From positions 32,001 to 96,000 of the IMG/VR virus record IMGVR_UViG_3300035208_002804: DNA of 64,000 nucleotides, one strand, 5' to 3'. The notes beneath the pieces are model-generated. The model was not told the DNA's origin, made no database searches, and saw nothing but the letters and a program-made list of their open reading frames with translations. A program made the translations under genes and the position numbers. The DNA comes from a virus. Lineage: Duplodnaviria; Caudoviricetes. Shown here one piece after another: positions 19,483 to 30,006 of the stretch (within the stretch, counting starts at the first letter, position 1; each line of letters begins with the position of its first letter).

Positions 19483-19806
19483 ATGCTTTCTTTTCTTTTT
19501 GGTATTTGGAGTTATCATTTATTACATCAATTCATCAATATACAGTATTTTTCTTTTCTTTATAACGTTGAAACTTATTTGGCAATTGTATCTCTGATTG
19601 GAATGGCATTTACATCACGACACGAAACACGCATTCTTGGATTTTTAGTTTGTAGCGTTGGAAATATTCTATGGTTATATTGGATTCTAAATGGAAATTC
19701 AGGTAGTTTACTTCTATTTGGTGGTTACTTACTATTCAATTTAATTGGCGTTCATGATGAATCAATTTCATGGATGAAGATCAGAGAATTTAATAAGAAG
19801 AGATGA
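19483..19806 (+). CDS. Small multi-pass membrane protein (PnuC-like half)
   Basis: Three hydrophobic segments; GFLVCSVGNILW. Confidence 0.55.
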   Translation: MLSFLFGIWSYHLLHQFINIQYFSFLYNVETYLAIVSLIGMAFTSRHETRILGFLVCSVGNILWLYWILNGNSGSLLLFGGYLLFNLIGVHDESISWMKIREFNKKR

Positions 19807-19890
19807 ATGGAACGTATATAATAATATTTATTATCCTTCCCATCCTATCGTTTCGATAGATTTATCTTCTTTCCAATCCATTATATATTA

Positions 19891-20145
19891 ATGGAACATC
19901 AAATAAGATACTTTCTTAAAGAAAAACTTTCTGACATTACTACTTATGCAACAATTTTGTCTGTTATAGGTGCAATTTATGTTTGTAGCCCGGATCAATT
20001 TACTCGTTTTTGCGGATTTGGAATTTGGGTAGGTTCGAACATAATTTGGACTGGTTATTTCCTACAGACGAAGCAGTATAATCCAATGGTTCTGTTTATC
20101 ATTTACTTGATAACGAGTGTATGTGGAGTTCTCAATAATGTGTGA
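19891..20145 (+). CDS. Small multi-pass membrane protein, paralog of 19483
   Basis: GFGIWVGSNIIW; same topology as the upstream ORF. Confidence 0.55.
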   Translation: MEHQIRYFLKEKLSDITTYATILSVIGAIYVCSPDQFTRFCGFGIWVGSNIIWTGYFLQTKQYNPMVLFIIYLITSVCGVLNNV

Positions 20146-20467
20146 AAAAGTTAAAATTATTAAATTCATAGATTTTATTGATGATGAGAGACTATTTGAT
20201 GATGAAAATGGAATAATTTGGAAATTAATTAGACCACTTGTTGTTGATGATTTTACAATTGTATTTGATTTTATCGGAATTGTATCAGTATCTCCGCGTT
20301 TTTTAAGCCAGGTTGTTACAAAACCACTAATTATTTTATCGGTTGAAGAATATTGTAAAAATATAAGATTTAAAAGAATACAAAATGAATTGACGGAACG
20401 ATTGCTTATTAATTCTATTAATAACAATATACAGAAATATTCATCACCAAGGCTCATGCTGAAATGA
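20117..20467 (+). CDS. STAS-like (DUF4325-like) protein
   Basis: IVFDFIGIVSVSPRFL resembles the DF-x-G-x-x-x-x-S-x-x-F pattern; real start probably the internal MCEK. Confidence 0.5.
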   Translation: MYVEFSIMCEKVKIIKFIDFIDDERLFDDENGIIWKLIRPLVVDDFTIVFDFIGIVSVSPRFLSQVVTKPLIILSVEEYCKNIRFKRIQNELTERLLINSINNNIQKYSSPRLMLK

Positions 20468-20841
20468 CGATACCAACTTCTTTTCACGTTAATACGGCGG
20501 TTAAAGCGGCCAGCGATAGTGTTCTCTATAGATTTAAACATGGGGCTGTTTTGTATGATAAATCGGGTAAGATTATTTCAACGGGTAGAAATATTTCTCA
20601 TTACAGGCCCGGATTGAAAAAGTATGGTTATAAAAGTCTTTTTCTTCATGCTGAATCTGATGCCATACTAAAGACGAACATCGAATGTCTCAAAGGAGCA
20701 AATTTACTTGTAGTGAGAGTTGGAAAACACAAACTATGCAATTCTAAACCATGTAAACATTGTCTTGGATTAATTCTTCAAACCGGAATCAAACATGTTT
20801 ACTATAGTGATGTTAGCGGAGAAATCGAAAAGTTATTTTAA
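20464..20841 (+). CDS. Cytidine/dCMP deaminase-fold protein
   Basis: HGAVL, GRN, HAE, SKPCKHC. Confidence 0.85.
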   Translation: MTIPTSFHVNTAVKAASDSVLYRFKHGAVLYDKSGKIISTGRNISHYRPGLKKYGYKSLFLHAESDAILKTNIECLKGANLLVVRVGKHKLCNSKPCKHCLGLILQTGIKHVYYSDVSGEIEKLF

Positions 20842-21752
20842 GGGAGTTATCATGCCAAAATATAGACTAACTACTAAAGATATTAAAGAAATATTTTTTG
20901 AGGATGGTATTCTACAAGCGCAATTAGAAGATAATGCTAAACTCAATGTTATTAAAATTCAAGGTATTAATAAACGTAAAGAATTATACTCAAGTTTCAA
21001 TATTATTGAACTTGCTATTGATATGAGAGAAGAACATTTTAAAACCCGTGAAATGTATTATTATTGTTTGTATAGAATTTTAAAATTAAAAGAGCAATTG
21101 TATTTCAAACAGAAAAATTAAAACCTGTTCTAAAAGAGAGAGAGAAAGGAAAGATTATGTCAAAGGATGTAAAAAGAACTGTATATGATTTAAGTTGTAT
21201 TGTGAAAGATATGTGTGACGATTCATATGATGTCGTATTTGATATTGATCTTATTGGTAATAACAATTATAAAAGAGTTAAACTACAAGATATAATGATA
21301 TCGCATGTAAATAAAGAACTACAATTTAAATTATCACCGTGATTAAAATGCAATTACAACTTGAAAAATTGAAATGTCCATATTGTGGAAGTGATGATGT
21401 TAGTGAAGATTGTCATGAGGAAATGTGGTGTCGTTCACAATATTTACCACCACGAATCTATTGGATATGGGAATGTTATGATTGTGATAAGAAATTTCAC
21501 ATGATCATTCACATTGAAAATTACGACATTGAAAAGATTGAGGAATACTAATCAGTGATTTTAAGCAGGAGTAATTATGAAAGTAAATGAATTAAGAGAA
21601 TTTATAGATGAATTAGATGATTCGTTTAAAGAAGATTGCGATGTGTTATTTATTGAAGATGTTGATGAAGAAAATGAAAATTTCTATAACCACAAACTTA
21701 AAGATATAAAAGTAAGTTTAATGAACAAAACATTTACATTTGAGTTATAATT

Positions 21753-22142
21753 ATGGATGAAATTAAATTAGCAAGATTTTTTAGTATGGTAGGTAATAAT
21801 TTTGAATTTGGTAATTGGGCAGTTGATCTTAAATTTATTGATGCAGACGAAATGAAGCAAATTACTGGAAATGCTACTGATTTTGCAGTAACTTGTTATA
21901 AAGATAATGTTGAAAAAGCATGTGTTTTTATGAATACTGAAGCAAAATATTGTGACTGGGATAAACCAGAATATACGCTAATTCATGAACTGATCCATGT
22001 TATGTTTCATACAGTTGACGAACATATACGTGATAACATTAAGAAACAGAAATTATACACAATATTAGAAGAACGATTTTTAAACAATATGTCTTATACT
22101 ATGTATAACTTACTCGAAGAAAATAAAGATGGATTTACATAA
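21753..22142 (+). CDS. Zincin-like HExxH metallopeptidase-domain protein
   Basis: TLIHELIH followed by downstream EE. Confidence 0.6.
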   Translation: MDEIKLARFFSMVGNNFEFGNWAVDLKFIDADEMKQITGNATDFAVTCYKDNVEKACVFMNTEAKYCDWDKPEYTLIHELIHVMFHTVDEHIRDNIKKQKLYTILEERFLNNMSYTMYNLLEENKDGFT

Positions 22143-22576
22143 TTATGAAAGAACTCATTCCTACTCACATCAATTATATTTCAGAAGTAATGAGTGAATT
22201 TGATTGTAGGGTTTTGACAATGATGAAATTTAGAAGGAGGGTTAAGAAATTACAAGAAGTTACTAATGATTTGGATGATTTTAAAGAGATCGATGAATTC
22301 ATATTATCTAAAAGATTCGCATTCGATCTTTAGTTGTGATGTAAGAACCTCTTTATTTAAATACTTGTAAACAAATAGTTATCGATTGTAAGGTGGAACC
22401 ACATGTATAAATACGATGAAGCCTACAAAATCGTGATTGAGAACGCATATAAAAATCTTAATCGGATCGCTGATGCAAATGATACTTCTTTTGAATATGT
22501 CATTCGGGATCTTTACAATTATCATTTCAATGATGCATGGCGATAATTTAGAATCGTTGAAATAAAGGAACTAAAC

Positions 22577-22945
22577 ATGTGTGATTTAACATTTATTATG
22601 GAAATTTTCAAGATGGCTTTAGAACCAGAATATGGTGAAAAACTTGATAAAATTGTCAGCCATTTTGGAATAGATAATCAGGTTCATAAACTTGCTGAAG
22701 AAACCGGTGAACTTACGGGCGCAATTGTTCGTTATAACGGCGGTTTTTTAGCAACCAATAACAAGATACAGAACGAGATGGGTGATGTCCTATTCATATT
22801 GCTTCAACTTATGCGACATTACAAAGTAGATGCTGGTGAACTACTTGAATTCATTAAATCAAAACCCGATGAAGTAATCGAAAAATATTACATTGATGGG
22901 TGTATGGAAGGTGATATCATGTTCGGTGAAGAATATGAAAACTAA
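22577..22945 (+). CDS. MazG-like NTP pyrophosphohydrolase
   Basis: KLAEETGEL...EMGDV. Confidence 0.8.
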   Translation: MCDLTFIMEIFKMALEPEYGEKLDKIVSHFGIDNQVHKLAEETGELTGAIVRYNGGFLATNNKIQNEMGDVLFILLQLMRHYKVDAGELLEFIKSKPDEVIEKYYIDGCMEGDIMFGEEYEN

Positions 22946-23254
22946 AATGCAGGAAGAATTTGGGGGTTAAAATGAAAGAAACAGATAAAAATTAACAGGA
23001 ATCTTATATTATGAGGAGAATTGCTACAGTTGATTTTGATTCTTGCTATAAATGTCCATTTCATGCTGGTGGAATGATGAGCGCGAGTTATTGCCAATAT
23101 GAAACTCCATCAAAACAAATTTTTGACATGAACGGTGATAATTATCAAATCAATGAAAAGACAAAATTTCCAGACTGGTGCAGATTAGAAGTTGTCCAGC
23201 AGTAATGTATAGCAAAAGAATAACTTTAAATACTGATAACTTTAGGTATTAAAC

Positions 23255-23347
23255 ATGGCTTGTGGAAAAGGTAAACCAACCGAAAAAGTAGAGAAAGGAA
23301 AGAAAGGTAAAGCACCAATGCCCTTTGGAAAGAAACCCAAGAAATAA
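23255..23347 (+). CDS. 30-aa Lys/Gly-rich basic peptide
   Basis: MACGKGKPTEKVEKGKKGKAPMPFGKKPKK; TTTAAATA at 23225, 30 nt before the ATG. Confidence 0.55.
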   Translation: MACGKGKPTEKVEKGKKGKAPMPFGKKPKK

Positions 23348-23469
23348 AGTTAATCAATCAGATCTTTATTTCACCCGTCTTTTCACAATGACTCTTTTTA
23401 TTTAAACTTTCTCTATTTTCTCTCTTCTATCCATAATGTTTTTATACTCTTAAAACTAATAGTATTTAA

Positions 23470-24162
23470 ATGAAGCCACCCGGAACTTTTGCTCCCATTA
23501 TCAAACCAGATAAAATTGTTGATAATGACCCTCATGATTTTCACATTAAGTCTAAAGATAAATTGCGTGAAATGATTGAATTGGATCCAGAATGTAATGG
23601 ATCGTCACTAACAATGTTTCTTCAGTTGGTTTTTAATAAGAAATTCACACGAACAACAGAACCGGACGAAGAACCCGCTCCAAATGAAGAATTTATCATT
23701 AAAATGGTAGATGATTATAATCGAAAAGTTAAAGAATATAAACCAGGAATCATTGAAAAACGCATTATCACTACCGTAGAAGATTTCTTTGTTGCTCTGT
23801 ATAGAGTTGATTCTGCTTATACTGAACGTATTGGTGGAACCATATCTTACATGATTACACAGCATATTTCAAAATGTAAATCTATTGACGGTGATTATAT
23901 TGAAATTTTAAAGGATACTCATGAATGGTGGAAAGAATCTGATTTCAGAGAACGCACATTTGGTTGGATTGATTGGGGGTTCCGCTTTATAATCAAGAAA
24001 TATCAAACAAAAAAATTCTATAAAAAGTCAATCAATCACATGCTTCTATTCATTAACTTAAATCAAAAAAACTGGAAATATTACATCATCTACGATCCTG
24101 AAAACTGGTATCCATTTGGTCGCGGAATGGAATGTAATCTCGTCAACGGCTGTGAATATTAA
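23470..24162 (+). CDS. Hypothetical protein
   Basis: 230-aa ORF with an upstream TATA box. Confidence 0.6.
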   Translation: MKPPGTFAPIIKPDKIVDNDPHDFHIKSKDKLREMIELDPECNGSSLTMFLQLVFNKKFTRTTEPDEEPAPNEEFIIKMVDDYNRKVKEYKPGIIEKRIITTVEDFFVALYRVDSAYTERIGGTISYMITQHISKCKSIDGDYIEILKDTHEWWKESDFRERTFGWIDWGFRFIIKKYQTKKFYKKSINHMLLFINLNQKNWKYYIIYDPENWYPFGRGMECNLVNGCEY

Positions 24163-24709
24163 AAAGAGAAGAAAGAGGATTATTTAAAATGATACAAATT
24201 CGTGAAGGAAACACTGTTTATTTTGAACCAGATCATTCGATTAATGCATTATACAAATCAATTTACAGAATAATTGGAACGAGTGAAGGTTCTGTTTCTC
24301 CAATGGAAGCAAAAACAATTAAAAATCTCACGCAATCGATTCTCAATTTGGAAGAATCCCGTCAAAACTAAACAGTGGTATATAATGACAGTTAAATATT
24401 TTGAAATGCCGTGTGGGCTTTGTAATTGTGATCCTGATATTCGATGCCAGTTTTGTGATGATGACAATTGTTTAATTGATATTGAAGATCCAGAAGAAGA
24501 ACGTCCCATTGATCTTCGAAGAAAACAAATGGAAGAATTTGAAATAAATGAACAATATCAGGATCTTGATTTAGAAGAACAGGAAGAAATTGTTGCTAAA
24601 ATGTTCCCATGTTATCTTCATGTCACAGGAGATGAATGCATAGATGCTATCCAATTTTATAGAGATATGTTATTCAATTTAAAAGAAAGCACAATGAAGA
24701 GTAATTAAA

Positions 24710-25366
24710 ATGACAGTTAAAAGATGTAAAAATTGTAATGCGATGTTTGATACTGATATGTTTGAAGATAACAAAGAAACTGATTTTTGTTGCACTGATT
24801 GCGAAAATGGAGTTCCACGAGAAATCAAAGTTGACCCAATTACACAGTTTCTTGCTGGTGTTCAGTTTAATATGGATATTTTTGTTGAACTTGAGAAAGC
24901 AGCAACCGACCCAGAAGTTTTGGCAAAGTTTTTCCAGACACCCGATGTTCTTGCTCTTCATCACCTAACAGCACAATTTGATATGTATGATCCTAACAAG
25001 ACAGGTCCGGGTGAGATTGATCACAAAGCGATGATAACACTACTAAAGTGGTTCATAATCAGGTATACCAACGATCCGGTATGGTTCTGTTATGTTGGGT
25101 GGTTTATGCGTTCTCTGGCTGTCTATGCTACACCAAATTCATACTATCCAATCCGAACATCACCACGATTCTATCTTGACAACTTTATCGTTCGTGGTCA
25201 GCCAATAAACTTCGCAGAAGAAAACGCTAATGTTAAAAAACCAGAAGAAATATTCAAGCGCAAAAAACAAGATCTCATTGAAAAGAAAGTAGAACAATTA
25301 GCAAAACAAAAATTAGATGAGAAACAAGAAGAGAAAGTAAAAGGGAAAGTAGAAACCTCTAACTAA
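24710..25366 (+). CDS. Hypothetical protein with N-terminal Zn finger
   Basis: CKNC...FCCTDC; charged C-terminal helix. Confidence 0.6.
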   Translation: MTVKRCKNCNAMFDTDMFEDNKETDFCCTDCENGVPREIKVDPITQFLAGVQFNMDIFVELEKAATDPEVLAKFFQTPDVLALHHLTAQFDMYDPNKTGPGEIDHKAMITLLKWFIIRYTNDPVWFCYVGWFMRSLAVYATPNSYYPIRTSPRFYLDNFIVRGQPINFAEENANVKKPEEIFKRKKQDLIEKKVEQLAKQKLDEKQEEKVKGKVETSN

Positions 25367-25389
25367 ATTATTCAACAGGTATAAAAACA

Positions 25390-25914
25390 ATGGGATTAAG
25401 ACTTTGGATTAGAACTGAACAAACACCAGTTTTTCCACTACGGGTTCAATGGCAATTTTTGAATCAGTCACTTGAAATTGATGATGAAACATGGTGGTTC
25501 ATGCAAGATGAGTGGGAATCAGATTTCACATTGTATAAATGTGCTGGATTGACAAATGCAGATCCTCATGCTACATTACAAAAACTGTATTACAAGAAGC
25601 ATGTTGAACTAATCGAACGGTTAATTGGAGTGACTGGTGATGACATTGATAATTACTTTGTGACTGCATGGGAAAGACCAATACCATTTTGGGATAGTTA
25701 TCGAACACTTGCAATTTCTTATATCGAAGCAAAACGTGACTATCTCAAAGCATTATATGCTGCTGGTATTATCGAAACAAAATCTGCTTTTGATATGGAT
25801 GATAAATTAGATAGTAGTATTCCAGCATGGTATGAATATCGATATACTGGTCCTGCTAAAGTTCTTCCAAGAATCCCCGGCAAAGTTATCCAGTTAAAAG
25901 ATATTGTTGTTTAA
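25390..25914 (+). CDS. Hypothetical protein
   Basis: 174-aa ORF co-oriented with its neighbours. Confidence 0.6.
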   Translation: MGLRLWIRTEQTPVFPLRVQWQFLNQSLEIDDETWWFMQDEWESDFTLYKCAGLTNADPHATLQKLYYKKHVELIERLIGVTGDDIDNYFVTAWERPIPFWDSYRTLAISYIEAKRDYLKALYAAGIIETKSAFDMDDKLDSSIPAWYEYRYTGPAKVLPRIPGKVIQLKDIVV

Positions 25915-25993
25915 AAAATTCTAAAACCCACGAATTCGATAGAATTAAAATCTTATCCAATACTTTTTTATATCCCCGCATCATAGTATATAA

Positions 25994-26539
25994 ATGATGC
26001 TTAACAGATTTTATAATCGTGGAATGGATGAAGCAATTCTTGCATCAAAATATTCTACTTGTTTATCTACTCATTATGGTAATGCTCTATTAGATCCTTT
26101 AACTGGTTCTGTTGTTGCTGTCGGGCATAATGGAGCACCAAAAGGAAAGGAGCATTGCACTGATATTGGATGGTGTCTAAAAAAAGAACTTGGTTATGAT
26201 CATTTTCAAAATGGAGTAAATAACTGGGGCGGCTTAATCTCTTGTAGATGCTCGCATTCAGACGTTAACGTTATAATTCAAGCCGGTTTACGTGCTAAAG
26301 ACTGTATCATGTTTCTTTATGGTGAGCGTAATGGGACTCCTATTGTTCCACAACCATGTTTCTCTTGTGTTAAATTAATCATTAATGCTGGAATTAAAGA
26401 AGTCATAATTCGACCTAAAACAAAGTTCATTTCAATCGATCCATCTAAACTCTACGATTCGTATGTTGAAGAACTATATGCGCAAATGAAAGATCCTGAA
26501 ATTAAGAAAGTGAAAGGTAAAAAGAATGTTACACAATGA
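25994..26539 (+). CDS. dCMP deaminase-like protein (HSD in place of HAE)
   Basis: STC, GHNGAPKG-x-x-HC, C-x-x-x-HSD, PCFSC, IINAGIKEV. Confidence 0.85.
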   Translation: MMLNRFYNRGMDEAILASKYSTCLSTHYGNALLDPLTGSVVAVGHNGAPKGKEHCTDIGWCLKKELGYDHFQNGVNNWGGLISCRCSHSDVNVIIQAGLRAKDCIMFLYGERNGTPIVPQPCFSCVKLIINAGIKEVIIRPKTKFISIDPSKLYDSYVEELYAQMKDPEIKKVKGKKNVTQ

Positions 26540-27591
26540 AATTATCCCACGATATCTACGTTCATGTAAAGAATGTATACTTTGTATTGATAACGAGGAA
26601 GGGTATCCATATTGTCTTGAAAATTATTTAGTTCATGATGATGTGATTCAAAAATATCTTTACGAAAAACCAATCCAATGTGTTCGAAATTTAAACAGAA
26701 CTGAATATGAAAACATAACCGATAATATTACTATTGGTGAGGATCAGCACCCATAAAATCGAACCACTTTCTTTATATATTGTTTATTAATTATTTAACT
26801 CAATAAATGGATAATAAAGAAAGTGTATATCAATTAATGAAAGATCTTGGTTCTCTTGAACAGCGAATGGAAAGCATGGAAAAGTTTGTTATTGCGTTAA
26901 ATAGCAAAAATTCAAGTGATATTAAAAAAGTCAATACACCAGAAGATGATCGTGAATTTTGTTATCCATTTCCATCCAATCCAGAAGACATTATCGATGC
27001 TACACCAAGTCATCTACGTTCAATCGACACTTCAGAATACAAAGTTTACATTGCCGTTCCTTTTCCAGAAGATGGAACAGATCCATTTCTATTCACTATA
27101 ACAATAACCAGAAAAGAACTTGACACTTACCTAAACCAAACTCCAGGAAAACAAGGAGAATACATCTACAAAATAACTCCAAGTTATGAACAATTTCTCT
27201 GAAAAAGAGAATACTAAAGGAAAAGAATAGTAGAAAATAAATTTAATTGATAAAAATGACAAATAATAAAGTTTACATAGCAGTATTATCACGAATCGAT
27301 TCAATAACCAATAGAATTACATTTTCAACAGTAATCAACGATTTTATTGAGACATTATCACCAGAACTATTACCTGATGAAAAAGAACTTGAAACTGGTA
27401 TTATGCTTAAACCATACCAAATTAATGCCGGATTCTTTCATAATGGTAAATTCATTCATGACAATCGCGCAATAACATTATACTTCAGATGGATAGAATA
27501 TCTGAAAACTAATAACATGTGGATGCCTTGGATGGACAATTGGACCGATGGAACTCTGTATCTCATGTATTCCAATAATGAAACGATGTAA

Positions 27592-28245
27592 TTGAAGGTA
27601 AAATTGACATTAGAGATAATAATTGATTCAAGGGAAAATGAATTTATTAAGAAGTGGCTACCTAAAGAATTTCCTGATGTAAAATTCGAAGTAAAAACGC
27701 TAATCGAAGGGGATTACCGTTCAGAACACGTAATTTTCGAAAGGAAGCGAATAGATGATTTGTGGTCTTCGATTCATGATGGGCGCTTTAGATCTCAAGT
27801 TTCCCGTATGACAACTCACCAATGTGATAAAGTTGTTGCATATCTTATCGTCGGTTCTATTGACGACTTCATTTACAAGATGAAGAAACTTCACATGAAA
27901 GCCGATGAAAACACTCTACACGGAGCAATAGCATCTCTTTTAGTTAGGGATAACATTAGAGTCATTCATTGCACTAATGAAAAACATGGACTAAAGGAAA
28001 TGGTTCGTGTTATGCAAAAAATAGAAGAAGACAATGAACTTAATATTCCCGCTGTTCGTGATCTGGACATGTTATTTGCTAGATTACTTAATGTTCCTAA
28101 AGATACATGGTTTGGAATTAAAGAACTTCATGGATCATCACTTTCTCATCTCTGTAGTTTATCATCCAAGGATTTCACCAAAGTAAAAGGAATTGGTCCA
28201 AAACGTGCAAAAGACATAGTAAATTTTTTAAAAAATGGATGGTGA
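27592..28245 (+). CDS. ERCC4/XPF-family structure-specific nuclease with HhH
   Basis: IIDSRE, GDY, FERKRIDDL...SIHDGR, VKGIGPKRA. Confidence 0.9.
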   Translation: MKVKLTLEIIIDSRENEFIKKWLPKEFPDVKFEVKTLIEGDYRSEHVIFERKRIDDLWSSIHDGRFRSQVSRMTTHQCDKVVAYLIVGSIDDFIYKMKKLHMKADENTLHGAIASLLVRDNIRVIHCTNEKHGLKEMVRVMQKIEEDNELNIPAVRDLDMLFARLLNVPKDTWFGIKELHGSSLSHLCSLSSKDFTKVKGIGPKRAKDIVNFLKNGW

Positions 28246-28379
28246 AAATATAAGTAGAGGATTTGGAAGAGATATAATAGTTTTATGACACCATTTTATT
28301 TACCCAATCTTTTTCACATTAACTATTGTCTATATTAATCATATACAACATTTTATTTATCCTTCTTTTTCACATTAAG

Positions 28380-28514
28380 TTTATATACTGTTAGGACAAA
28401 TAATATAGTGCCGCCTCCATATAACAGTTGATAATAAGAAAGCATTGAAACTTCTTTCTTTGTTTTCTTTTTGTTTTGTTATGAGTTTTTGAGCATTTGT
28501 TACTTGCGTCTGGT
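28380..28514 (+). ncRNA. Dispersed promoter/small-RNA-like element, copy C
   Basis: TTTATATA at 28380, AGTGC with G at 28408, T-tract, TTGTTATGAGTTTTTGAGCATTTG. Confidence 0.5.
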
Positions 28515-28913
28515 TATCTATTTTGAGTTTCTTTTATATACCAGAGTTGTAGGTGACTTGATATACCAGCATTTGATATGTCGTTATGTTTATATGCTTG
28601 GCAATCCAAATACTATACCTTGCAGATTATAAAATTATTGATGTTTTTCAAAATTGTTATTTAATAAAATTGTTGTTTTAAAGATTTTTGGTCGTATAAA
28701 AGATATTTAATGTTTTCGTAACTTTCGGCGCTAATTAAATAACAGGAGGGGAACGCAGTAATATATGATTATGTCATCGATGAATTAAAGGCGCGTAATG
28801 TTCAGGATGCGGAAAAATACGGGCCGTTTTATATTATAAGTTATGCGTGTCATGCGTTCAATTTACATAATAAAGAAAATAGTGTTTTTTCAGTCGGTGG
28901 GATTATTAAAAGT

Positions 28914-29945
28914 ATGCGACTTCCTGTTATTGCAATGGGGCCGCCCGGTTGTGGTAAATCTTATTATTTAGAACAAATGAGCGATCCTCTTGTTGGAATA
29001 TTAAATAATTTACAGTATAATTTGAAGTTTGAACAAGAAATGAGTGATGCCGGTCTTGTTGGAACCGTCAGTGAAAATCCAAATGATCCGGGGCACCCAC
29101 TAATCAAGAAAGGTGTTGCCGAAAACCACAGTGAATCACTTGTATTGATTGATGAGTTCAGTAGTGTTATGTTAAGTGCCTTGAAGTCACAAACTGGTGT
29201 GAAGGCCGAAACTCTATTGTCTGTACTCGATTCTGGTAGGGTTGTGAAAGCACTTGCCAATGGTGAATATGAATATTTTACTAATCTGACATTGTGGTGT
29301 GGTATCCAGCCGGTTAAATGTGATATGTCCGGTGGTCTTGGTAGACGACTTTGTATTGTTCTTAACATTCCAACGAAAGAAGATGAAGAGCGGTATGCTG
29401 ATGCATCACAAAAATCTGATAATGTGAAAATTGATCCTGAACATATGAAGGATTTGAATACTCGAATTAAAATGTGGGAAAGCACCATTAAATGCATCAA
29501 ACACGTTGAATTTTCAAATGAATTTTATACGTTCGTAAGAAAAAAATTATGCGCCAAAAATTACATCATTGAATTATACAAGAAACTTGGAATTGGATAT
29601 ACAATCGCAAAATATGGTGGTAGTGAAAATATAGTTGTTAATCTTGATGATAACCTTCGTAATATATTGAAACTTGAGGAAATTTGGAGAAGACAGGTAA
29701 TGCAGGGCCCGGAAATTCAACAGATTCTTGCAATGATTATATCACAGGGAATAAAAACAGATGCTGGTATAACAATTCAAAAAGTAACATTGAATTTCCT
29801 TGGTTCTGACATGGGTTTATCTGCCGAACAAGTAAATAAATGTTTGACCGATATGAAGGCATATGGTTATCTCGTCATTAAAAATAATACAGTAACACTC
29901 AATCCATCAGTAACCGAATATTATGAATTATTGGATAAGATGTAA
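28914..29945 (+). CDS. MCM-like AAA+ helicase/ATPase with probable C-terminal winged helix; frame open back to 28743
   Basis: GPPGCGKS Walker A, S-x-AGLVG, LIDEF Walker B, LGRR arginine finger. Confidence 0.8.
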   Translation: MRLPVIAMGPPGCGKSYYLEQMSDPLVGILNNLQYNLKFEQEMSDAGLVGTVSENPNDPGHPLIKKGVAENHSESLVLIDEFSSVMLSALKSQTGVKAETLLSVLDSGRVVKALANGEYEYFTNLTLWCGIQPVKCDMSGGLGRRLCIVLNIPTKEDEERYADASQKSDNVKIDPEHMKDLNTRIKMWESTIKCIKHVEFSNEFYTFVRKKLCAKNYIIELYKKLGIGYTIAKYGGSENIVVNLDDNLRNILKLEEIWRRQVMQGPEIQQILAMIISQGIKTDAGITIQKVTLNFLGSDMGLSAEQVNKCLTDMKAYGYLVIKNNTVTLNPSVTEYYELLDKM

Positions 29946-30006
29946 GGTGGGAAGAGTAACGATGATAAACATTTTAACTTCTTTTTTGAGCACTGTTGTG
30001 GTGTAA

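Noticed and set aside
28408-28455. ATTGAAAC in copy C resembles the 3' end of archaeal CRISPR repeats
   Set aside because: Single occurrence; no repeat-spacer array, and the motif is not shared by the other copies. No CRISPR array was found in the window.
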